From Oceanispirochaeta sp. (GTDB lineage: Bacteria; Spirochaetota; Spirochaetia; DSM-2461), in assembly GCA_963666275.2 (NCBI GenBank), contig CAXXOA010000001.1:1024001-1088000 (forward strand): 64,000 nucleotides of DNA, read 5' to 3'. The notes below the pieces were generated by a model that searched no databases, was not told the origin of the DNA, and saw only the letters and a list, made by a program, of their open reading frames with translations. This document shows positions 20,274-30,050 of the stretch, in pieces. The first letter of the stretch is position 1, and every line of letters begins with the position of its first letter. The translations under genes and the position numbers were made by a program.

Positions 20274-21299
20274 CTATATATATAAATCAATTCCTCCAAA
20301 TTCTTTTACAAAATCAATAATGGTTTTAATATTTTGTAATGATCTATATTTCTCAAGAAAATCTATTTGTCTTTTATCAAAGTAAATTAACAAAATACAA
20401 GCATGACTACGTGTTTCCTCATGAATTGTTTCATCTGCGATAATTTCTCTTAAATATTCAATTTTATTACTATTACAATTAATAATAGCTTCAACAGACT
20501 GTCCAATACTGCCTCTTTGGATCCCAATCTCTGGATTAATAAATTCTAACAGTTTAATTATTGTTTTTTTGGGGATATTTGCTAATAAAATCTTTGCATA
20601 ATTTCGTGTTTCGTCAGTAAGTTGTGTTCCTGTATAGAAGATATCTGGATGTCCTGGAACATGAGCAATATAATAAATTAGTTGACTTGAAATGTCATAG
20701 ATCGTTGAAGAAGTTATATAATCAATAAAAATATCCCATATAACTTTTTCATTTTTATAATTGCTAAATAGAATCGATGAACCGAGCGAGTGTTCTTGGA
20801 TGATATCGGATTTGAAGAGTTCTATACTTTCCTCTATAGTCAATTCTGGTATCTTTCGAATCATTTGTGGTAGAAATAGATTTGAAAAACTTTTCTTTTC
20901 AATAATATTTGTTCTATTTAGAAATATTTTGATTGAAGTATCATTAGGAAAATCATGCAAATATTTTTTAATGTCAATCCAATATGCTTTATCATTTTGA
21001 TCATCATATACTATTCCATGTACAGGCAAGGAATAATTCGACCAGTAATCACGATGATCTTCAATTTGAAAAAAAGCATAATCACGTTTTTTAGAAAAAT
21101 ATGATTTTCCTGATTTGATCTGATATGCAATAGAAGTATTAGTTGGGGAACCATTTAAAAAGAATTCAATTATACAATCTATTCCAAAATCATTTTCTTG
21201 TTCAATTTTATGGAAAATAGATCCAGATTCTTCCACTAGTGACTTAATAAAGTTTATTCCACGTTTTGCTGTTATTGATGATGGTTTCAATTTACCCAA
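20274..21299 (-). CDS. DUF4365-like (PD-(D/E)XK) protein (cassette 6)
   Basis: ENDFGIDCIIE...QIKSG N-terminal motif. Confidence 0.78.
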   Translation of the reverse strand: MGKLKPSSITAKRGINFIKSLVEESGSIFHKIEQENDFGIDCIIEFFLNGSPTNTSIAYQIKSGKSYFSKKRDYAFFQIEDHRDYWSNYSLPVHGIVYDDQNDKAYWIDIKKYLHDFPNDTSIKIFLNRTNIIEKKSFSNLFLPQMIRKIPELTIEESIELFKSDIIQEHSLGSSILFSNYKNEKVIWDIFIDYITSSTIYDISSQLIYYIAHVPGHPDIFYTGTQLTDETRNYAKILLANIPKKTIIKLLEFINPEIGIQRGSIGQSVEAIINCNSNKIEYLREIIADETIHEETRSHACILLIYFDKRQIDFLEKYRSLQNIKTIIDFVKEFGGIDLYI

Positions 21300-21327
21300 A
21301 ATTTACCCTTTCCGTTTCTTGCAATAA

Positions 21328-22032
21328 TTATTTCTTTTTCCCTTTATAATAAAATCCTAATATTTTGTAGAAATGATCTCTATAATCATCATTCTCAGGA
21401 ATATTATAATTTTTTTTATCGAATTTCGCTGCATAAAAAACTTTCAATTCCCAGCATACATTAGCTGTGTTTAACGATTTTAAATGACCTTTATATTTAT
21501 TGAAAACTTTTTTTATCTTAATCTTATTGTCCATAATATTTGTGATATCAACAACAAATGGTAAATAAGCTTCTTTAAAACAATTTTCACCTGTTCTATC
21601 CTGAAAATCGAAAAGTTCAGTCATTCTTTTTAAGTCTTTCAAAATTTCTTTTTTGGAAGGGGAATCTCTTTTCACTTCAATACAATATCTCGAATGATTA
21701 ATTCCTTGAATATTTTCATAGATGCAAATATCCATATTCCCATTTCTTTTTGTATTCTTAATTTTTGAAATAATCATCTTTGCAAAACCAAATTCATCTC
21801 CTTTATCCTCTGTTGATAACAGCGGTACACAACTTCTTGCGAATTTTTTTGTTGATTCTTCAACTTTTATAATCCATGGGTCTATTGGACAATCTTTGAT
21901 TTCAGCGACCGATTTAGCTATATTTACAGTCAATAAATACTCAGGGAAATCATAATTATTTATTTCACCAGTAAATAACTCTAAATCACTGTATGTGTTT
22001 TTTATTCCCTTTTTAATTTTGTCTTCAATCAT
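21328..22032 (-). CDS. Putative PD-(D/E)XK nuclease-fold protein (cassette 6)
   Basis: PEYLLT..DICIYE..CIEVKR..DLKRM. Confidence 0.6.
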   Translation of the reverse strand: MIEDKIKKGIKNTYSDLELFTGEINNYDFPEYLLTVNIAKSVAEIKDCPIDPWIIKVEESTKKFARSCVPLLSTEDKGDEFGFAKMIISKIKNTKRNGNMDICIYENIQGINHSRYCIEVKRDSPSKKEILKDLKRMTELFDFQDRTGENCFKEAYLPFVVDITNIMDNKIKIKKVFNKYKGHLKSLNTANVCWELKVFYAAKFDKKNYNIPENDDYRDHFYKILGFYYKGKKK

Positions 22033-22048
22033 TTTTATACCTTTATCA

Positions 22049-22144
22049 ATCTAACTATCTTTTAAGTAGCAGATCGTAAACTGGCGAGATCGTTGCCAAA
22101 GCAAGGATCATGACAGTAGAACTGACTACTTCAAAAGCTCGTTA
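22049..22144 (-). other. attC site interrupted by intron C
   Basis: ATCTAAC...hairpin...GTTA | TAT (24119). Confidence 0.85.
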
Positions 22145-24118
22145 GTACGCCCGGCATGGGTATCAACTTATGGGGTGAAAGTCCCCTGCAGGTTCTCACA
22201 GATAGTTAATGCTATCCAAACTGCTAGCCAGAGGCAAGGGCATCTTCGTGAGGAGTTGTCTGAAGGAAGCCCGACGGCAAAACCGGGAACCGATGAACAA
22301 AAATGTGATATAAGGCCTAGTTTCAGAGACGAGTTAGCTAACGATAACGATGTCCGGTGAGAGTGAAACAGGGTAAATCACACGGTTGTCCGGGGAAAGC
22401 TGATACCCTTATCCGGGGAGGCCTGTTTGCACGGCGATTTTGATGAAGACCTTTCGGAATAATCGGCAGAAGGATGCCGATCAAAGCAAATCCCGGCTGT
22501 TCACAAGGTGGCAATTGTGAAACGGAGCCATCATCCGATGGAACACAAAATGATGTCACAGAAAGTTCTTCATGGAAAGCATTAGTGGTAGCAATTTCAC
22601 TGATTAGCAGACAGGAGTCAGCAGAAGGCATAGTAGCCAACGCCCGGAGTAATGCCCGGTTCACGGCGAAGGCCTGAACATTTCACAAGGAGGAGCCTTA
22701 TGGTTCTCAGGAACAAAACTATTTCTGGCGGATCATGGAGAAACCAGCCTTGAACAACACCTTGATGGATCTGATTCTTACATCGGAAAACATGCACAAA
22801 GCCTGGAAGCAGGTGAAGAGCAACGGAGGAAGTCCCGGAGTTGACGGCATAACCGTCGAAGAATTCCCGGCATACCTTCGGAATCGATGGGAAAGGGTCA
22901 GGCGAGCTTTGCTTTTTGGGTACTACGTGCCCTCTCCGGTTAAACGGGTCGAAATCCCCAAGAAATCCGGAGGAAAACGAATACTGGGTATCCCGACAGT
23001 ACTCGACCGGGTTATCCAGCAAGCCATTACACAGGTTCTGAGTCCGATCTTCGATCCCGATTTTTCGGATTGCAGTTTTGGATTCAGGCCGGGAAAATCG
23101 GCTCATGGAGCAGTGAAGAAGGTTCAGAGCTATGTTGTATCAGGATATGGCTATGCTGTGGATCTGGACTTGGAAAAGTTCTTTGATACAGTCAATCATG
23201 ATATTCTGATGCATCTGGTCGGCCGGAAAGTCCGGGACAAGAAAGTCCTCAGGTTGATCGGTCGGTACCTTAGAGCCGGAATTCTGGATAAAGAAGGAAA
23301 TAACCTTCCAACTGTTGTTGGGACTCCTCAAGGAGGCCCTCTTTCTCCGCTTCTTTCAAATATCCTTTTGGATCAGTTTGATAAGGAGCTGGAAAGACGT
23401 AAGTTATTGTTTTCCCGATATGCTGATGATGCCATAATTTTGGTCCGAAATCAGCATGAAGGATCTCGACTTCTATCAGAGGTCTCCAGCTTCCTGAGCA
23501 GGAAACTGAAACTCATTGTCAATGAGGAAAAGAGTAAGGTTGCACCGATAAGAGATTGTTCATTCCTGGGTTTTACCTTCATCGGGGGAAAGATCCGCTG
23601 GACAGAAAAGGCGTACCAGGATTTCCGTTACAACATCAGACGTTTGACTGGACGATCATGGGGTGTTTCCATGAAATACCGCTATAGCAAACTGAATCAA
23701 TACTTGAGAGGCTGGATGAATTACTATGGTATTTCCGAATACTACAGGCCGATTCCGGGACTTGAAGAATGGCTCAGAAGGAGAATCCGTATGTGCTACT
23801 GGAAACAGTGGCGCAGATGTCGAACAAAAGTCAACAACTTGATCAAACTAGGGATTCCGGTGCGTGCTGCTATACCTGCCGGTACATGCAGCCACTCTTA
23901 CTGGAAGATGTCGAAGACTTACACAACGAATGCAGGTCTATCCAATAAATGGCTGGAAGAGCAGGGACTAGTCAGTATTAAAGCCCTTTGGTGCAAAGCC
24001 CAAGGGTATACTTGACCAGATTGAGGAAGCTGTTTGCTTCATGAAATGAACCGCCCTGTGCGGATCCGCTTGCAGGGTGGTGTGGGGACTGGGGGAGAGA
24101 AACCCCCGGTTACCCGAT
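22145..24118 (+). mobile_element. Group IIC-attC intron, species 2 (1974 bp)
   Basis: GTACGCCCGGCATGG 5' end, TACCCGAT 3' end; sequence clearly diverged from species 1. Confidence 0.93.
22735..24015 (+). CDS. ltrA: Group II intron RT/maturase, species 2
   Basis: GTPQGGPLSP, RYADD. Confidence 0.95.
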   Translation: MEKPALNNTLMDLILTSENMHKAWKQVKSNGGSPGVDGITVEEFPAYLRNRWERVRRALLFGYYVPSPVKRVEIPKKSGGKRILGIPTVLDRVIQQAITQVLSPIFDPDFSDCSFGFRPGKSAHGAVKKVQSYVVSGYGYAVDLDLEKFFDTVNHDILMHLVGRKVRDKKVLRLIGRYLRAGILDKEGNNLPTVVGTPQGGPLSPLLSNILLDQFDKELERRKLLFSRYADDAIILVRNQHEGSRLLSEVSSFLSRKLKLIVNEEKSKVAPIRDCSFLGFTFIGGKIRWTEKAYQDFRYNIRRLTGRSWGVSMKYRYSKLNQYLRGWMNYYGISEYYRPIPGLEEWLRRRIRMCYWKQWRRCRTKVNNLIKLGIPVRAAIPAGTCSHSYWKMSKTYTTNAGLSNKWLEEQGLVSIKALWCKAQGYT

Positions 24119-24122
24119 TATT

Positions 24123-24310
24123 TCATATAGTTTTTAGCCTAAATCTAATTGATGAAGGGCTAAAACCCATTTTTTCATAAAAACCAATTGCATTACTGTT
24201 GTTTGCAAATACTGATAGACGTATATCAGTCAACCCTTTTTCTCTTATCCATTCTAATCCATGCATGAATAAGCTTTTCCCAATTCCTCGTTTACGTATT
24301 CCTTCGGTTA
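24123..24310 (-). pseudogene. 3' half of a GNAT acetyltransferase cassette gene (cassette 5), truncated by IS3
   Basis: Manual translation: RKRGIGKSLF..IRLSVFANNSNAIGFYEKMGF..KTI*. Confidence 0.85.
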
Positions 24311-24340
24311 TGAACCACCCCGAGAATCCCGGAGACAGAT

Positions 24341-25246
24341 TTACTTGAGTCCGGCTGTTACTGCCAGACTAATTTCCTGTTCATAATACATCATTTCAAA
24401 CTCTTGTGGAGAAATATATCCCAGAGGTTCCATGATCCGTTTGTTATTATACCAATCCACCCAGTCTAAAGTAGCCAGTTCAACCTGTTCAATCGAGCGC
24501 CAGGGACCATCTTTGTGAATGACTTCTGCCTTGTATAGACCGTTTATTGTCTCTGCCAGAGCATTGTCATAAGAGTCACCTTTACTCCCAACTGATGGAT
24601 CAATTCCTGCTTCAATAAGTCGTTCTGTATAGGAAATAGCCAGATATTGAGAACCACGATCACTATGATGGATCAGCTTTTCTGTTACCTGTCTTGCCCA
24701 CAATGCCTGATTGAGTGCATCCAAAGTAAAATCCGTTTTCATTGACGTTGATGCCCGCCACCCGACAATCATTCTTGAAAATACATCAATTATGAAAGCA
24801 ACATAAACAAATCCCCTCCAAGTGGAAACATAGGTGAAGTCAGCCACCCACAGCTCGTTTGGCCTGGAAGCAGTGAAATCCCGGTTTACAAGATCATCAG
24901 GCCTGTTATCTTTCGTCGGAATCGTTGTCCTGACTTTCTTACCACGAATTACACCACGAAGCCCCATGGCACGCATTAAACGCTCTACAGTGCATCTGGC
25001 GACGGGGATTCCTTCTTTATTCATGGCCTGCCAGACTTTTTTAGCTCCATATACACATCTATTCTCAAACCAGACCCGTTTGATTTCATCTTTCAGGTGG
25101 TTATCCCTTTTTACTCTTGGAGGCTCTCTGTCTGGATCTGATTGCCGTGATTTCATTTCGTAATAGGTTGATGGAGCTATCTGAATATTCTTACAGAGAG
25201 GCTCGACTCCATGATTTTCCCTATTCTTATCAATGAAATTGACCAT
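24341..25246 (-). CDS. IS3 transposase OrfB (DDE)
   Basis: WVADFTYV, HHSDRGSQY, DNALAE. Confidence 0.95.
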   Translation of the reverse strand: MVNFIDKNRENHGVEPLCKNIQIAPSTYYEMKSRQSDPDREPPRVKRDNHLKDEIKRVWFENRCVYGAKKVWQAMNKEGIPVARCTVERLMRAMGLRGVIRGKKVRTTIPTKDNRPDDLVNRDFTASRPNELWVADFTYVSTWRGFVYVAFIIDVFSRMIVGWRASTSMKTDFTLDALNQALWARQVTEKLIHHSDRGSQYLAISYTERLIEAGIDPSVGSKGDSYDNALAETINGLYKAEVIHKDGPWRSIEQVELATLDWVDWYNNKRIMEPLGYISPQEFEMMYYEQEISLAVTAGLK

Positions 25247-25566
25247 TATTTCTTTCGGCGGTCGAGCTCCGCCTGGGCGAAATATGCTGATGCCTTACGC
25301 AATATCTCATTGGCTTCTCTTAGCTCACGAACTTCTCTTTCAAGTTCCTTTATTCTTGCCCGTTCTTCACTGGAGACGCCTTCCTTGATACCACGGTCTA
25401 TCTCGGTTTGTTTTACCCATTTTCTCAGAGACTCCGGAGTACACCCGGTTTTTGAGGCTATTGAAATTATTGCTGCCCACCGTGATTCATAGTCTTTTTC
25501 ATGATCAAAGACCATCCTGACTGCCCGCTCTTTAACTTCTTGAGCATACCTGATTCTTTTTCCCAT
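25246..25566 (-). CDS. IS3 transposase OrfA (HTH, leucine zipper)
   Basis: [27 protein letters not shown]. Confidence 0.93.
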   Translation of the reverse strand: MGKRIRYAQEVKERAVRMVFDHEKDYESRWAAIISIASKTGCTPESLRKWVKQTEIDRGIKEGVSSEERARIKELEREVRELREANEILRKASAYFAQAELDRRKK

Positions 25567-25616
25567 AACACAATCCTCTCATATAATTGTGTCTCCGGGA
25601 AACCCGGGGTGGTTCA

Positions 25617-26318
25617 CGGTATGCAGATGACACTATCCTTTTAACGAAGAGATTGTGTGATGCTAGGAAGATCCTAAAGGAAGTTTCAATATTTCTGGTA
25701 AGGAAATTGAAATTGGTAGTGAATCAGGGAAAAACGAAAGTTGCAAAGATAACGGAATGCAGCTTCCTGGGGTTCACATTCAAGGGTAAGAAGATTCGCT
25801 GGACTGAGTCGTCTTTTGAGGATTTTCGGTATCAACTGAAATATCTGACAAGGCGTTCCTGGGGTGTTTCCATGGAATACAGAATCGGGAAACTCAATGA
25901 GTATATCCGGGGCTGGATGAACTACTATGGGATCTCCCAATATTACAGCCCTCTACAGAACCTTGATGACTGGCTCCGTAGGAGGATTCGCATGTGCTAC
26001 TGGAAACAGTGGCGATATCCCAGAACGAAAGTCAGGAAACTGATGGAACTGGGAATTCCGAAAGATTTTGCCATTATCACCGGTGCCAGTAGTAAATCCT
26101 ATTGGCATCTCTCCAAGTCTTACGCTACCAATGCAGCTATGTCCAATAAATGGCTGGAAGAGCAGGGATTGGTCAATATCAAATATCTGTGGTGTAAAGC
26201 CCAGGGATATATCTGATCAAATCAGGATTTCGTTTGCTCCATGGAGTGAACCGCCCCGTGCGGACCCGCATGCGGGGTGGTGTGGGGGCTGGAGGTTAAA
26301 AGCCTCCGGCTACCCGAT
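25617..26318 (+). mobile_element. 5'-truncated species 1 intron (copy D'), starting at the RYADD codons
   Basis: Carries the same variants as the 3' part of copy D; ends CCCGAT before TTATATGT. Confidence 0.92.
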
Positions 26319-27893
26319 TTATATGTCATCTTTTATGTAATTTTGATTAATGACTACTTTGTATTTTCCTTTTAAATATTCTTTTCCAGAATAAATATTT
26401 GGCACATTTATCCTTTTAATTCGCTTTACCTCAAGAGTTCCAATTAATTTCTTTCCTAACCCATGATTATTTAATTTTCTTTCTCTCATGTCTTCATTAA
26501 AAATATTTATTCTGCAATATCCTAGTTGTAAAAAATTTATAGCACTTCTCTTTTGATATTTAGCTTTTCTTAAGCATTTTCTTATTATTTTTCGTTTCAG
26601 TTCAAAAAGCATATTTTCATTGATGTTTGAATGATTAATTATAATATTTGCATTTAATATTAGAGACATTTTATTTCTATGTATCTTAGCATCTCTAACA
26701 CTGATATCAATTGGGTTTAAATTCTTTTTAATTTCATCAAATGCTAATGGCATGTGTAACTTAAATGAATGATAAAGGCTATTTATTTTGTATACAATTT
26801 TTGGGAGTTTATATTTTAATAATGCAAAAACTCCACCATCAAGAAAAACTCCTTCATAATTATCCATAGAGACATTTTTTGACTTTCTATTTTTCCGTAA
26901 TAGTTTACCATCTAATCTTGCCCAACCTGGTCCTTTTATCACTTTAGAACGTATTGATATAAAATATACATCAAATCCTTTTAAAAAGAATTCAGAATAT
27001 AAAGCTGTTAGAAAAGAATAAAACTGTAATTTGCTTATATCTGTTGTATGTGATTCGCAAAATATAATTAGCTGGTTTTTATTATTTATAATTTTAGATT
27101 CAAGAATTCCTTCAACACTCCACCAAGGAGAATCTAACTCCTTCTTTATTTCTTGAACAGTAAAATGCTTTGAAATAGTTAAATCTGGATTATTTAACAA
27201 ATATATTTTCATTGCCAAGCAAAATGCGTTACATACATCAATAAGATCATCAAACAGTCTTATAAAATTTGATATATCTTGTTTAACCCTTTTTCCTTTT
27301 TTATCATAGAATTCAATCTCATCTTTATAGAAGAGTATTTTTCCATGTGCAATACCATTCCGAATTGTGTTATTGTAATTGCCTTGAATATCTTTAAAAT
27401 CTGTTTGCTTCAATTCGTCATTACAATTATATATATCTAAGTTATCAGTACCTTTTTTTCGTTGTCTCCTAGAATTTAGAGCAATGAAGTAAATAAAAAT
27501 ATGGTAGATACTTTCTAGAGTTTTTAGATATTGTGGTACTATGCTATCATTTATGTATAAAGCACTTTGGAATTCATTTGTACTTTTACTATTTTCATGG
27601 ATATCTTTTGAATTGATTTCTGACATCGTTTTTATTGCAATATCAATTTCTGTGCTTTTTTCATTTATGTCTTTTTTTGAACATGAACTCTTTAGAAAAG
27701 CATAATATTTATAAAATAATTCCTTATTGTAGTATTTCTCTGGTGATTTTTGAATATATCTTTGCAGAGAAACACCTTGATTTAATATTGGCTCAGTCAA
27801 TTCCGGAAAATATTCTTTAATTTTTTCTTTCAATTGTCTATTGAGTGTATGAGTAAGATTGTTTCCAAAAAGACTTAAAATTCTATTATCCAT
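26319..27893 (-). CDS. Hypothetical protein with HEPN-like RxxxxH motif (cassette 4)
   Basis: NTIRNGIAHG; stop codon overlaps the R'' box. Confidence 0.6.
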   Translation of the reverse strand: MDNRILSLFGNNLTHTLNRQLKEKIKEYFPELTEPILNQGVSLQRYIQKSPEKYYNKELFYKYYAFLKSSCSKKDINEKSTEIDIAIKTMSEINSKDIHENSKSTNEFQSALYINDSIVPQYLKTLESIYHIFIYFIALNSRRQRKKGTDNLDIYNCNDELKQTDFKDIQGNYNNTIRNGIAHGKILFYKDEIEFYDKKGKRVKQDISNFIRLFDDLIDVCNAFCLAMKIYLLNNPDLTISKHFTVQEIKKELDSPWWSVEGILESKIINNKNQLIIFCESHTTDISKLQFYSFLTALYSEFFLKGFDVYFISIRSKVIKGPGWARLDGKLLRKNRKSKNVSMDNYEGVFLDGGVFALLKYKLPKIVYKINSLYHSFKLHMPLAFDEIKKNLNPIDISVRDAKIHRNKMSLILNANIIINHSNINENMLFELKRKIIRKCLRKAKYQKRSAINFLQLGYCRINIFNEDMRERKLNNHGLGKKLIGTLEVKRIKRINVPNIYSGKEYLKGKYKVVINQNYIKDDI

Positions 27894-27913
27894 TTTACCT
27901 CATACCTTTGTAC

Positions 27914-28016
27914 ATATAACGCCCGCATAACCTGTTTTCCGTACATGGCGGAAATCCTGCCTGCGAAGCAGAAAAAGCAGGATTTGTGACATAGGAAAAT
28001 CTGGTTCATGCGTTTG
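27914..28016 (-). other. attC site interrupted by intron D
   Basis: ATATAAC...hairpin...TTTG | TTATGT (30006). Confidence 0.88.
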
Positions 28017-30005
28017 GTACGCCTGACATGGCAATAAACTTATGAGGTGAAAGTCCTCTACAGCTACCCACGTATAGTAAACATGCTATACCAACTGTTA
28101 GCCGACGGCAAGGGCAATTCCGTGAGGAATTGTCTGGAGGAAGCCTGAGTGCAAAACCGGGAGCCCATGTACAAGAATGTGATAGAAGGCCCAGTTCTGG
28201 AGGTGAGTCAGCCAATGATGACGATGCCCCGTGGGTGAGGGATAGGGTAAATCACAGGGTTGTCCGGGGAATGTTTATTGTCTTATTCGGGGAGATCTGT
28301 CTGCAAGGCGGTAACACCGGTTTGACCGTGAGAATCCGGAGGATACCGGGGTAACAAATCCAGGCCTATCAGGGGATGACACTCTGATAAGGAGCCGTTT
28401 ATACGGAACACAAAGAAGTCGTCACAGCGATTCAAACCGGATGATACAGCGTCAGCAGGAGTAATTCTACTGATAAGCAGACAGAAGTCAGCAGAAGGCA
28501 TAGTAGCCAACGCCCGGAGTAATGTCCGGTTCATGGTGAAGGTCTGAACATTTCACAAGGAGGAGCCTTATGGTTCTCAAAGGAACAATTTCAGTTTATG
28601 CCGGAATCACTTTTGGCGGACCATGGAGAAACCAGCCTTGAACGAATCTATGATGGATTTGATTTTATCCTCTGAAAATATGCACAAAGCCTGGAAACAG
28701 GTCAAACGCAATGGAGGTAGCCCTGGAATCGACGGTATCACTGTCGAGAAGTTTCCAGGATATCTGAAAACCAGATGGCCTAGAATCAAACGAGCTTTGC
28801 TCAACGGGTACTATGTACCTTCTCCGGTGCTGAGGGTAGAAATCCCGAAGAAATCCGGAGGAAAACGGATGCTGGGAATCCCGACAGTTCTAGACAGGGT
28901 TATCCAGCAGGCTATTTCACAGGTTCTGAATCCCATATTTGATCCGGATTTCTCGGAGCATAGCTATGGATTCAGACCGGGAAGATCGGCTCACGGAGCA
29001 GTGAAACAGGTAAATCAACATGTCAAATCCGGGTATAGATACGCCGTGGATCTGGACTTGGAAAAGTTCTTTGATACAGTTAATCATGATATCCTGATGC
29101 ATTTTGTGGCTGTAAAAGTCTGGGACAAATCTGTCCTCAGACTCATCGGCCGTTACCTGAGAGCCGGTATTCAGTTGGACAATGGAAAAGTGATTCCTAC
29201 AGCAATCGGCACACCCCAAGGCGGGCCTTTATCACCTTTGCTTTCCAATATCCTCCTTGATCGGTTGGATATGGAACTGGAAAGAAGAAATGTACGGTTT
29301 GCACGGTATGCAGATGACACTATCCTTTTAACGAAGAGATTGTGTGATGCTAGGAAGATCCTAAAGGAAGTTTCAATATTTCTGGTAAGGAAATTGAAAT
29401 TGGTAGTGAATCAGGGAAAAACGAAAGTTGCAAAGATAACGGAATGCAGCTTCCTGGGGTTCACATTCAAGGGTAAGAAGATTCGCTGGACTGAGTCGTC
29501 TTTTGAGGATTTTCGGTATCAACTGAAATATCTGACAAGGCGTTCCTGGGGTGTTTCCATGGAATACAGAATCGGGAAACTCAATGAGTATATCCGGGGC
29601 TGGATGAACTACTATGGGATCTCCCAATATTACAGCCCTCTACAGAACCTTGATGACTGGCTCCGTAGGAGGATTCGCATGTGCTACTGGAAACAGTGGC
29701 GATATCCCAGAACGAAAGTCAGGAAACTGATGGAACTGGGAATTCCGAAAGATTTTGCCATTATCACCGGTGCCAGTAGTAAATCCTATTGGCATCTCTC
29801 CAAGTCTTACGCTACCAATGCAGCTATGTCCAATAAATGGCTGGAAGAGCAGGGATTGGTCAATATCAAATATCTGTGGTGTAAAGCCCAGGGATATATC
29901 TGATCAAATCAGGATTTCGTTTGCTCCATGGAGTGAACCGCCCCGTGCGGACCCGCATGCGGGGTGGTGTGGGGGCTGGAGGTTAAAAGCCTCCGGCTAC
30001 CCGAT
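28017..30005 (+). mobile_element. Group IIC-attC intron, species 1, copy D (1989 bp)
   Basis: GTACG...CCCGAT; no RT insert. Confidence 0.95.
28623..29903 (+). CDS. ltrA: Group II intron RT/maturase (426 aa)
   Basis: YADD. Confidence 0.95.
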   Translation: MEKPALNESMMDLILSSENMHKAWKQVKRNGGSPGIDGITVEKFPGYLKTRWPRIKRALLNGYYVPSPVLRVEIPKKSGGKRMLGIPTVLDRVIQQAISQVLNPIFDPDFSEHSYGFRPGRSAHGAVKQVNQHVKSGYRYAVDLDLEKFFDTVNHDILMHFVAVKVWDKSVLRLIGRYLRAGIQLDNGKVIPTAIGTPQGGPLSPLLSNILLDRLDMELERRNVRFARYADDTILLTKRLCDARKILKEVSIFLVRKLKLVVNQGKTKVAKITECSFLGFTFKGKKIRWTESSFEDFRYQLKYLTRRSWGVSMEYRIGKLNEYIRGWMNYYGISQYYSPLQNLDDWLRRRIRMCYWKQWRYPRTKVRKLMELGIPKDFAIITGASSKSYWHLSKSYATNAAMSNKWLEEQGLVNIKYLWCKAQGYI

Positions 30006-30050
30006 TTATGTCGCCTCCATCTACCATCAATTTTATCATTTATGTTATGT

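Larger units (their letters stand above)
24311..25616 (-). mobile_element. IS3-family insertion sequence (IS51/IS629-like), 1306 bp
   Basis: 27-bp inverted repeats TGAACCACCCCG..TCCCGGAGACA (3 mismatches); orfA/orfB; no flanking target duplication. Confidence 0.95.

Noticed and set aside
24311..24322. IS3 end (TGAACCACCCCG) resembles intron domain V (TGAACCGCCCCG)
   Set aside because: The IS is not inserted at domain V; the short match is probably coincidental.
25587..26216. 209-aa stand-alone maturase
   Set aside because: It is a chance fusion of a TTG at the IS end to the truncated RT; no RBS is evident.
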